Source: Candidatus Cottocaccamicrobium excrementipullorum
GTDB lineage: Bacteria; Bacillota; Clostridia; Lachnospirales; Lachnospiraceae
Length of the DNA: 64,000 nucleotides
Reading direction: 5' to 3'
Assembly (NCBI GenBank): GCA_018713255.1
Contig: DVFL01000023.1
Location: 99,820-163,819 of the forward strand
A program made the translations under genes and the position numbers. Numbering within the stretch: the first letter of the stretch is position 1; every line of letters begins with the position of its first letter. Positions 9,206-17,369 of this stretch are shown here, piece after piece. The notes beneath the pieces are model-generated. The model was not told where the DNA came from. It worked only from the letters and a program-made list of their open reading frames with translations, and ran no database searches.

Positions 9206-10282
9206 TTGGGTGAGCGGCTGGATGAAGTAGATCAAAGGCTTATGCGGCTGACCAGGGAGCAGGCGCTGCTTCTTAATGCATTATCGATGAATGACCATCT
9301 GATCATTGAAGGCGGGGCGGGAACGGGAAAAACGATACTTGCTATGGAATATGCGAAAGGGGAATGTGAAAGAGGAAGAAAAGTTCTTTACCTTACATAC
9401 AATAAAAATCTGGCCCGTAATATTATAACCCGGATGGGGAAAGGATGCAGTGGGGAAATTAAGATTATAAACCTACATGCATTATTCGGAGAATATGTTC
9501 CGGTGGATTTAGAGGCGATGAAGCAAGATCCCAATCAATATTTCACTCAGGATCTTCCAGAGGATACGCTTTCTTATCTGGAAGGGCTGTCGGCGGATGA
9601 ATTGCAGGCACTGCAGTATGATGATCTGATTTTAGACGAAGGACAGGATATTCTGAAGCCGGAATATCTTCTGGTAATGGATTTGCTGCTTCGCGGCGGT
9701 CTGGAACAGGGCAGATGGGCGGTATTTTATGATGAAAAACAGAACCTTTACAACCCGGAATTTGAGGAGGGCTTTCAATTCCTGTGCTCTTATTCTCACA
9801 CCAGTTTCAAGCTTTATATTAACTGCAGAAATACGGCTCAGATCGGGAGATTTAATGCTGAAATGAGCCATACAGAGCTGGAAGAATATTTAAAAGAAAA
9901 TGGGGAGGAGGTGCAGGTTATTCCCTATAAAGATGCTGGAGAATTCCAAGATAAGATCTTGGAATTATTAAAGCGGCTGCGGGAAGAAGGAGTTTCATTG
10001 GAGCAAGTGGTATTTCTATCTCCCAAGAGACTGAAAAACTCCAGTATTTCCCAGACGGATCTGGGTAAGTTCAAACTTAACGAGCTTGGGGACGGATACC
10101 AGAAGAAGAGAGAGGAGCCTGTATATTCTACTATACAAGGGTTTAAGGGACTGGATTCTAAGGTGGCAGTTCTTCTGGATCTGGATAAAATTCCTGCAGC
10201 GTTGTATTCCAAGCTTGTGTATACTGCCTGCTCAAGGGCGAGAAGTCTGTTGGTAGTAATGAAGAGAGAAGATTCTGATTAG
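9206..10282 (+). CDS. SF1 (UvrD/DUF2075-like) P-loop ATPase, probably lacking an N-terminal domain
   Basis: Walker A GGAGTGKT, Walker B LILDEGQD, STIQGFKGLDSKVAVLLD, VYTACSRARSLLVV. The frame opens only at 9182. The first start is TTG with no clear RBS; an alternative ATG is at 9242. Confidence 0.6.
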   Translation: MGERLDEVDQRLMRLTREQALLLNALSMNDHLIIEGGAGTGKTILAMEYAKGECERGRKVLYLTYNKNLARNIITRMGKGCSGEIKIINLHALFGEYVPVDLEAMKQDPNQYFTQDLPEDTLSYLEGLSADELQALQYDDLILDEGQDILKPEYLLVMDLLLRGGLEQGRWAVFYDEKQNLYNPEFEEGFQFLCSYSHTSFKLYINCRNTAQIGRFNAEMSHTELEEYLKENGEEVQVIPYKDAGEFQDKILELLKRLREEGVSLEQVVFLSPKRLKNSSISQTDLGKFKLNELGDGYQKKREEPVYSTIQGFKGLDSKVAVLLDLDKIPAALYSKLVYTACSRARSLLVVMKREDSD

Positions 10283-10409
10283 AGAAGATAGAACTTTTCA
10301 CTCACCTATTATGTGGACAAACAGAAATTCTAAGCGATTTGGTGCCATTAATTGAACTGAGGAAAAATATCTGAACCAACACAATGTAATCCGCATTGCA
10401 TTAAATGAA

Positions 10410-10640
10410 ATGCCCAGGGAGTGTTCTTCTGTTGTAGGTGCATTAACATTTAATCAGCTGGGAAGTTATTGGACCAGTTCTGGATCTTATGATGAGATTT
10501 TTGATTATATTGGTGTGAATGTGGATGCCGTAAAGAAGGATGTGCCATTGATGATCGCGGATAATCCTATGCCGGAAAAGACCCAGGAGTACGCAGCCAC
10601 ATTCAGGGAACTGAAAAACAGAGATGAAATTAAGCTTTAA
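10410..10640 (+). pseudogene. Fragment resembling part of an AAA-ATPase/PD-(D/E)XK (DUF1703-type) protein
   Basis: The 76-aa ORF contains LGSYWTSSGSYDEIFDYIG, reminiscent of the YWxNTSSN motif of that family. No RBS and too short to be intact. Confidence 0.3.
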
Positions 10641-10749
10641 GTGTTTTAATGAGCGGGCTGTATTGCTGCTGCGGATGAAATGGAGAAGGCATTTTTAAAT
10701 GAGATGCTGGAGAGCGGGAGACTATAACAATAAAGGAGTTGATTTACTA

Positions 10750-11055
10750 ATGAAAGTGTATGGAGCACAAATTTGCATTGACTGTAGAAATTATAAGGCT
10801 ATTCAGAAAAACCGCGGATTTGAGGCGGATTATATTGAAATAACAGAAGATACGGGAAAACTGAAGGAGTTTCCCCAAATAAGAGATCATGATCCAGTGC
10901 TTGCTTCGGTGAGAGAGAGCGGCGGAATTGGTATTCCCCTCTTTGTAAACGAGGATGGGCGGAAAACACTGGATATAGATGAAGCATTCTCGTGGATTGG
11001 ACAGCCGCCCGTGAAAGAGGAGGAGATCCTGGAAAAAAGAGTATTGCAGCAATAA
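10750..11055 (+). CDS. Glutaredoxin/thioredoxin-fold small protein
   Basis: MKVYGAQICIDCRNYKAI... has a CxxC near the N-terminus and a GIPLFV cis-Pro-type motif. ATG at 10750 follows AAGGAG. Confidence 0.5.
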   Translation: MKVYGAQICIDCRNYKAIQKNRGFEADYIEITEDTGKLKEFPQIRDHDPVLASVRESGGIGIPLFVNEDGRKTLDIDEAFSWIGQPPVKEEEILEKRVLQQ

Positions 11056-11242
11056 CCACCGCATCATGTGCCTGTCGGGCAGACAATCTATGGCTCATAG
11101 AGACCCGGCGGGCCGGAGAGAAATTTTGGCTTTTATGGGGCTGGCGGTTAATACCGATTTTTAGCTCCCTGACATATGGGGAAGAGATATTTCCGCGGAA
11201 TTCAGGCTTTTTAGGGTAAGCATCAGATGATAGTGTCAATAG

Positions 11243-12579
11243 TTTTTCGCAAAATTAAAATCCTGCCATTTGCCAGCCGGTAGTCAGCCGGCTATAATAT
11301 CAGACAGCTGGTTCTCTTCTGGTTTGAAAAGCTGATCCATATTCGTGTAGCGTCTGGCTCTCTAGCTAGTTGCTGCTACATGGTGTAGTCTGGCACATAC
11401 GAGCATTAGGGCGCTCTGCCCGTCAGGAAAAGCACTGATCGCTTTTGTACGGCGTTTAATCTCACGGTTAAGGCGCTCAATCGCGTTATTGGTCCGAATC
11501 CGGGTCCAATGCTGCATAGGAAAATCCATATAGGTCAAGGTTTCTTCGATTCCGTCCTCTACCTTCTTGGCAGCTTTAGCAAGCTTCATGGCCCGGAGTT
11601 TCTCCGCTACCTGGATTGCTTTTTCACGGGCGGCTTCCTTGCTTTCCTGCGCATGGATCGCCTTGAGCATAAGCGCTACCGTTTTCATCTTGTTACGGGG
11701 GGTAACAGAAAATATATTTCTGTAAAAATGAACCGTACAGCGCTGATATCTGGCATCCGGAAAGACTTCCGGAATGGTTTCAAGCATACCGAGATTCTTA
11801 TCGCCGATGATCAAACGTACACCAGTAAGCCCGCGTTCTTTCAACCATACGAAGAAAGAACGCCAGCTTTCACGATCCTCTTTCATCCCTTCCGCAGCGC
11901 CAAGGATTTCCCGGCAGCCATCTTGACTAACGCCAATGGCAACGAGAACAGAAACGTTCTGGATCTCGCCGCCCCAACTACGTTTCAGGTAAACACCATC
12001 TACGTAAACATAGGGATAGTCTCCGGAAAGCGGACGGGTACGCCAGGTTTCAATATGCTCATAAGCCTTTTTATTCAGGTTGCTGATGGTTCCAGGGGAT
12101 ACTTTCGTTCCCCATAAGGCTTCGGTGATATCCTCCACGCGTCGGACAGAAACACCAGCCAGATACATCTCAATAAGAGCTTCTTCCACGGAAGATTCTC
12201 TGCGACGGTATCTTTCGATAATGGCAGTCTCGAAAGGAACCCCTTTCAGTTTAGGAACCTTCAGTTCGACCTCCCCTGCGGTAGTGTGGAGATTTCGCTT
12301 ATAATGGCCGGAACGATATCCCTGGCGGTTAGAGGAGCGTTCATACTTTTCAGCGTTGACTAATTCGTCGGCTTCCTTATCGAGCAGGGCGTTTAATGTT
12401 TCTTCGACACTGTTGCGGACAAGATCCTTTAAATCATGCTTTATTAAGTCTTCATTTAGCTGTATAATCTTATCAGACATGGTTCTATAGCCTCCTTTGA
12501 TAAATTTGGTTGTGGTGACTTAATTTTACCAAACGGCTATAGACCATGTCTATTTTTATGAAATTGATTTTGCGAAATT
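11243..12579 (-). mobile_element. IS256-family insertion sequence (boundaries approximate)
   Basis: Transposase flanked by imperfect terminal inverted repeats with an 11-bp perfect core: TTTCGCAAAAT at 11245-11255 and ATTTTGCGAAA at 12567-12577. The length is typical of IS256-family elements. I could not find a target-site duplication. Confidence 0.7.
11362..12480 (-). CDS. IS256-family transposase, ended by an in-frame TAG about 25 codons before the family-typical C-terminus
   Basis: Clear IS256/mutator-type sequence (VDGVYLKRSWGGEIQNVSVLVAIG..., RCTVHFYRNI, TNNAIERLNREIKRRT). After the TAG at 11362-11364 the same frame continues RARRYTNMDQLFKPEENQLSDIIAG to a TGA at 11284-11286. Confidence 0.9.
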   Translation of the reverse strand: MSDKIIQLNEDLIKHDLKDLVRNSVEETLNALLDKEADELVNAEKYERSSNRQGYRSGHYKRNLHTTAGEVELKVPKLKGVPFETAIIERYRRRESSVEEALIEMYLAGVSVRRVEDITEALWGTKVSPGTISNLNKKAYEHIETWRTRPLSGDYPYVYVDGVYLKRSWGGEIQNVSVLVAIGVSQDGCREILGAAEGMKEDRESWRSFFVWLKERGLTGVRLIIGDKNLGMLETIPEVFPDARYQRCTVHFYRNIFSVTPRNKMKTVALMLKAIHAQESKEAAREKAIQVAEKLRAMKLAKAAKKVEDGIEETLTYMDFPMQHWTRIRTNNAIERLNREIKRRTKAISAFPDGQSALMLVCARLHHVAATS

Positions 12580-12634
12580 AATTATACGTTATCTATTATT
12601 TATTCAGAGGCATAGAAGGGAGAGATATGCCGTG

Positions 12635-12766
12635 TGTAATTTAGCAGAGCTTTTGATAGAGCAGGCACTATTCTTGCTGGATATCAACGAAGATGATCTG
12701 AAGAAAAGCGAGAAATTCTGCCTGGAGAAAGGGCTGCTGGAGGAGAGCTTGCTGCAGGAAAGATAA
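12635..12766 (+). pseudogene. 3' fragment of an Rpn-type (PD-(D/E)XK recombination-promoting nuclease) paralog
   Basis: Translation CNLAELLIEQALFLLDINEDDLKKSEKFCLEKGLLEESLLQER* parallels the C-terminus of the 12831..13877 product (MCNLVDMLIGQG...LDLKEEDLIEESEKSCLEGSSLEGR*). Confidence 0.45.
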
Positions 12767-12830
12767 GGGAGGTTGCGACATACTGGATAAGGGGAAGAAG
12801 AGGAGGAGCCGTCCGGATACGGCCCATAAG

Positions 12831-13877
12831 ATGCTGGAGTTATTCCCGGATGTGTTCGCGGATATTATTAATGTGCTGGTCTATCAGGGGGAACCCGTAG
12901 TAAGAGAAGAGAAGCTGATTGACCGGTCAGGAGTTTATGTTTACCAGTCGGAGGAGCAAAGGATCCGACAGAAAGAGCGGGACGTGCTTATGGTTGATTC
13001 AGGAGGAGAGCAGGCCTATGTTCTCTACGGCCTGGAGAATCAGATGAAGATTAATCAGGTGATGCCGGTTAGAGTGATGGGATATGATTTTGCTTCCTAT
13101 GACCGTGAGATCAGCCGTCTGAAAGGAGAAAACCGGTCTGCAGGCCGGGAAGCGGATTACGCCATGGAATTGCATCAGGAGCAGAAGCTGATGCCGGTGC
13201 TTACCCTGGTGCTGTATTTCGGGATGAAGCCCTGGATAGGTCCAAGGTCTCTTCGTGATGTGCTGAGTATTCCTGATGCTCTTGACTTATTTATGCCGGA
13301 TTACTCTATAAGTCCGCCGCCGAATAGGCGGCATGCATTCAGGGATGCCAAGTGCGCCGCCAGACTTTCGCGGGATGGCTGGAGCATCGGCAGCCGGCGC
13401 ATGAAGGTTTACGCAATAAACGTAATCCAGGTAGCGAATCTGCCGTTGGAGACGATAGAGAAGTTTACCAGTGATTTTCAGATTGTGGCCAGATGGTTTC
13501 GTGCTAAACGGCTGGGGGATGTAGAGGAATTGAGAGGAGTAAAGAAAGAAGTGGTGCATGTGGAAGAACTGCTGGAGTTTTTCCATGTATTTGCGGAGGA
13601 CGAATGGTATGATGAGATAAAGGATATTTTGCTTGAGCAGTCTGAGAAAGGAGAGAAGATTACGATGTGTAATTTAGTGGATATGTTGATTGGACAGGGA
13701 AGGGAAGAAGGAATAGAAATAGGGCTGGAAAAAGGGTTAAGCCGTTCTGTAGCCGCACTGGTTCGCCATGGCTTTTCCCGCGAGCAGGCGATGTTCATGC
13801 TGGATTTAAAGGAAGAAGATCTGATTGAAGAAAGCGAGAAATCCTGCTTGGAGGGAAGTTCGCTGGAGGGAAGATAA
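12831..13877 (+). CDS. Rpn family recombination-promoting nuclease / putative transposase (start uncertain)
   Basis: FPDVFADIINVLVY..., ERDVLM..., LENQMKINQVMPVRVMGYD, VLTLVLYFG and FTSDFQIVARWF are characteristic. No ATG/GTG/TTG lies between the frame opening (12702) and 12831, and the RBS is poorly placed. Confidence 0.7.
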   Translation: MLELFPDVFADIINVLVYQGEPVVREEKLIDRSGVYVYQSEEQRIRQKERDVLMVDSGGEQAYVLYGLENQMKINQVMPVRVMGYDFASYDREISRLKGENRSAGREADYAMELHQEQKLMPVLTLVLYFGMKPWIGPRSLRDVLSIPDALDLFMPDYSISPPPNRRHAFRDAKCAARLSRDGWSIGSRRMKVYAINVIQVANLPLETIEKFTSDFQIVARWFRAKRLGDVEELRGVKKEVVHVEELLEFFHVFAEDEWYDEIKDILLEQSEKGEKITMCNLVDMLIGQGREEGIEIGLEKGLSRSVAALVRHGFSREQAMFMLDLKEEDLIEESEKSCLEGSSLEGR

Positions 13878-13879
13878 AG

Positions 13880-14031
13880 GCGATTATGTGCTGAAATTGT
13901 TCGATGGTTCAACCCGTTTTCAGATTGCAGCCAGATGGTTCCGAGATAAACGTCTGGGGAACGTAGAGGAACTGATGCAAGGAGAAATGTTTGGAAACCA
14001 TGAATCAGGAAATATGGAAAATAAATCATAA
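13880..14031 (+). pseudogene. Internal fragment of a further Rpn paralog
   Basis: RFQIAARWFRDKRLGNVEELM mirrors DFQIVARWFRAKRLGDVEELR of the neighbouring gene. The DNA at about 13916-13975 is an imperfect direct repeat of about 13478-13537. Confidence 0.4.
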
Positions 14032-14195
14032 AGAAGGGCAGATCTGGCCCGGCAGAGAGCGCTGTGGTCAGATTTTTCTTGCTTGCAGATTCAGGCATAG
14101 AGTATAATGAGAGAAATGAGAGAACGAGGAAAATCGAGCAAGAGAAAAAGAGAGGAAGAAAAAGATCAGTGGAAAGCCAAAAAGCGAAGAGAAAA

Positions 14196-14738
14196 GTGAA
14201 TGAAGGGAGTGAAAGAAACGAAGGGAGCAAAAGCGCGGAGCGGGCGGCTTTGTATGGGATGCTGATTGCTCTTGGATTTATATTCAGCTACATCGAGAAC
14301 CTGATTCCGATTAATCTTGGCGTACCGGGGGTGAAGCTGGGACTGGCGAATCTGGTTACAGTAACGGGGCTTTACACCATTGGAGCGGCAGGAGCGGCGG
14401 CGGTGAATCTGGTTCGGGTGATTTTGGTGGGATTGACCTTTGGAAATCTGTTCAGCATGGTTTACAGCATGGCGGGGGCGGCTCTTAGTCTCCTTTTGAT
14501 GGTACTGTGCAAAAAAAAGGAGTGGTTTAGTCCGGTGGGAGTCAGCATTGTAGGCGGCGTAGGTCATAATGTGGGACAGCTGGCTGTGGCGGCTGCTGTG
14601 GTGGAAAACGCGGCGGTGTTTTCTTACCTTCCTTTGCTGCTGATTGCAGGAACCATCGCGGGGACGGTGATCGGCATTCTTGGGGGAATGGTGGTGACAA
14701 GGATCGGGAAGATGATAACCGGGAGAAATTCTGGATGA
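14196..14738 (+). CDS. Gx transporter family membrane protein (Hpre_diP_synt_I-like)
   Basis: LYGMLIALGFIFSYIENLIPINLGVPGVKLGLANL... is typical of this family. Start uncertain: GTG at 14196 is chosen, and the upstream part of the ORF is a Lys/Arg/Glu-rich read-through of a purine-rich tract. Confidence 0.65.
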   Translation: MNEGSERNEGSKSAERAALYGMLIALGFIFSYIENLIPINLGVPGVKLGLANLVTVTGLYTIGAAGAAAVNLVRVILVGLTFGNLFSMVYSMAGAALSLLLMVLCKKKEWFSPVGVSIVGGVGHNVGQLAVAAAVVENAAVFSYLPLLLIAGTIAGTVIGILGGMVVTRIGKMITGRNSG

Positions 14739-14874
14739 TGACAAGAAGAACTTCAGAATGATAGAGTGAAAATCGCAAAAAATGGGAATGATAACTTTTT
14801 GACATTTCAATTTTCTGTGATCTGGAGTATACTATAAGCGAGAGCAAAACCATATGAGCAGGAGGGTTTGGAAG

Positions 14875-16383
14875 ATGATTTATGGTGCAGTCAAAGGCCT
14901 GGTGGAATACGGGCGGAAGAAGGGTCTTCTGAAAGAGGACGATGAGATTTATGCAAGAAATCAGATTCTGGATGCACTGAAGCTGGATGAGTATGAGGAG
15001 CCGGAAGGACCGGTGGAAAGCGAGGATCTGGAGAAGATCTTGAAGGAGCTTTTGGATTATGCTTATGAGACTGGGGTGCTGAAGGAGAACGGAGTCGTTT
15101 ACCGGGATCTTTTTGATACTCGTCTGATGAACTGCCTGATGCCCAGGCCCAGCGAGGTGACGGCGGAATTCTGGAAACGATATGAAAAGTCGCCTAAGGA
15201 GGCTACGGATTATTTTTATGAGCTGAGCCAGAATTCAGATTATATCCGGCGTTATCGTGTCTGTAAGGATTTAAAGTGGAAGACTTCCACCCGGTACGGG
15301 GATCTGGATATTACGGTGAATTTGTCCAAGCCGGAGAAGGATCCGAAAGCCATTGCCGCCGCGAAGCTGGCGAAGCAGAGCGGCTATCCGAAATGTCTTC
15401 TGTGCAAGGAGAATGTGGGGTATGCGGGAAGGATTAACCATCCAGCCAGAAATAATCACCGGATTATTCCCATTACCATTAATGACAGTCAGTGGGGATT
15501 TCAGTACTCGCCTTATGTGTATTACAATGAACACTGCATTGTGTTTAATGGACAGCATGTGCCCATGAAGATTGAGAAGGCCACGTTTATTAAGCTTTTT
15601 GACTTTGTGAAGCTGTTCCCCCATTATTTCCTGGGTTCTAATGCCGATCTTCCCATTGTGGGCGGTTCGATTTTAAGTCATGATCATTTCCAGGGAGGTC
15701 ATTATACCTTTGCCATGGCTAAGGCGCCCATTGAAAAGCATTTCCAGATGAAGGGGTTTGAGGATGTGGAAGCGGGAATTGTATTCTGGCCCATGTCTGT
15801 GCTGCGTCTGAGAGGAAAGGACAGCAGCCGTCTGGTAGAGCTGGGAGACCTGGTGCTTCAGGCCTGGAGGGGATATACAGATGAGGATGCCTTTATTTTC
15901 GCAGAAACAGAGGGAGAACCCCACAACACCATTACCCCCATTGCCCGAAAGAATGGGGATATGTTTGAGCTGGATCTGGTGCTGCGGAATAATATTACCA
16001 CAGAGGAATTCCCTCTTGGCGTTTATCATCCCCATCAGGAGCTTCATCATATTAAGAAAGAGAATATCGGACTGATTGAGGTAATGGGGCTTGCGGTGCT
16101 GCCTTCCCGTCTGAAACAGGAGCTGGCGGATTTAGGACAGGCTATTGTGGAAGGAAGGGACATCCGAGGAGATGAAGAACTTTCCAAACATGCAGACTGG
16201 GTGGAGGAATTCCGCCCCAAGTATGATTCTATTACGGCGGAGAATGTGGACGAGATCCTTCGGGAAGAGGTAGGACAGGTATTTGCCAGGGTGCTGGAAG
16301 ATGCAGGCGTGTATAAATGTACAGAGGAGGGGCGCAAGGCTTTTGAGCGGTTCCTTTCCAAGGTGGGATTTTCTGCTCTTTAG
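14875..16383 (+). CDS. galT: UDP-glucose--hexose-1-phosphate uridylyltransferase (type 2 GalT)
   Basis: About 500 aa of Firmicute-type GalT (GYPKCLLCKENVGYAGR, SILSHDHFQGG). ATG at 14875 follows AGGAGG. Confidence 0.9.
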   Translation: MIYGAVKGLVEYGRKKGLLKEDDEIYARNQILDALKLDEYEEPEGPVESEDLEKILKELLDYAYETGVLKENGVVYRDLFDTRLMNCLMPRPSEVTAEFWKRYEKSPKEATDYFYELSQNSDYIRRYRVCKDLKWKTSTRYGDLDITVNLSKPEKDPKAIAAAKLAKQSGYPKCLLCKENVGYAGRINHPARNNHRIIPITINDSQWGFQYSPYVYYNEHCIVFNGQHVPMKIEKATFIKLFDFVKLFPHYFLGSNADLPIVGGSILSHDHFQGGHYTFAMAKAPIEKHFQMKGFEDVEAGIVFWPMSVLRLRGKDSSRLVELGDLVLQAWRGYTDEDAFIFAETEGEPHNTITPIARKNGDMFELDLVLRNNITTEEFPLGVYHPHQELHHIKKENIGLIEVMGLAVLPSRLKQELADLGQAIVEGRDIRGDEELSKHADWVEEFRPKYDSITAENVDEILREEVGQVFARVLEDAGVYKCTEEGRKAFERFLSKVGFSAL

Positions 16384-16469
16384 GGGACACGCTTACATAG
16401 ACAGCGTGCAGTGACTGAAATATTTACAGTTTAATACTTACATCAAATAAGGCCTGGAAACAGGTGAAA

Positions 16470-17357
16470 ATGAAGAGGACTGATATGTTGTTCACAAAGA
16501 CGTGGAAACATCCGTGGCAGAGGACATTGTGGGAGTACGGAATCATTACGGTGAGTATTTTGATTCTGGTTGTGGGCATTTATTTTTTCAAGTTTCCCAA
16601 TAATTTTGCGTTTGGGGGAGTAACTGGTTTTTCGACTATTGTAAGCCGTCTTTTTCCCATCAGTGCAGGAGATTTTACTTTCCTGGTGAATACCGCTCTT
16701 TTGGTGGTGGGATTCTTGTTTTTGGGAAGAGCTTTCGGCATCAAGACAGTATACGCCAGTATGCTGATGTCGGTGCTGTTGTCTTTGATGGAAAGGATTT
16801 ATCCCATGAGCCATCCGTTGACGGATGAGCCTTTGCTGGAATTAGTGTTTGCCGTATTTCTTCCGGCAGTGGGATCCGCCGTACTGTTTAATATCGGCGC
16901 TTCCAGCGGAGGAACGGATATTCTGGCGATGATTTTAAAAAAGCATACTAGTTTTAACATTGGAACCATGCTTTTTTTGGTGGATGCAGCTTCGGTAATC
17001 CTTGCGTTTTTCATATTCGACGTTTCTACCGGACTTTACTCCACTCTTGGCCTGATGGCCAAATCCCTGGTGATCGATGGGGTGGTGGAGAATATTAATC
17101 AGTGCAAATGTTTCAACATTGTTTGCGATGATCCGGATCCCATCTGCAGCTTTATTATTCATAAGCTGCAGCGAAGCGCTACCATTTATCAGGCCCAGGG
17201 GGCCTTTACCCATCATAAAAAGGCGGTGGTGATGACCACTTTGTCCCGAACGGAAGCGCTTCGGCTCCGCAATTATGTGCGGACGGTGGAACCAAGCGCC
17301 TTTATGATGATTACCAATTCCAGCGAGATCATTGGAAAAGGCTTTTTGACGAATTAA
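16470..17357 (+). CDS. YitT family membrane protein (DUF2179 C-terminal domain)
   Basis: FKFPNNFAFGGVTGFSTIV and GASSGGTDILAMIL motifs. The C-terminal soluble domain ends SSEIIGKGF. Confidence 0.8.
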   Translation: MKRTDMLFTKTWKHPWQRTLWEYGIITVSILILVVGIYFFKFPNNFAFGGVTGFSTIVSRLFPISAGDFTFLVNTALLVVGFLFLGRAFGIKTVYASMLMSVLLSLMERIYPMSHPLTDEPLLELVFAVFLPAVGSAVLFNIGASSGGTDILAMILKKHTSFNIGTMLFLVDAASVILAFFIFDVSTGLYSTLGLMAKSLVIDGVVENINQCKCFNIVCDDPDPICSFIIHKLQRSATIYQAQGAFTHHKKAVVMTTLSRTEALRLRNYVRTVEPSAFMMITNSSEIIGKGFLTN

Positions 17358-17369
17358 GTGCAGTGCGCC

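Noticed and set aside
11362-11364. Programmed read-through or pyrrolysine decoding of the TAG in the IS256 transposase
   Set aside because: No pyl genes or recoding signals are visible in the window. A simple nonsense mutation is the more economical explanation.
11509-12304. 202-aa and 74-aa plus-strand ORFs inside the IS256 element
   Set aside because: They are antisense to an unmistakable transposase gene and show no independent coding signal.
13478-14230. 250-aa minus-strand ORF (Ser/Leu/Phe-rich)
   Set aside because: It is the mirror image of the purine-rich coding/leader strand. Low complexity, and it spans a gene boundary on the other strand.
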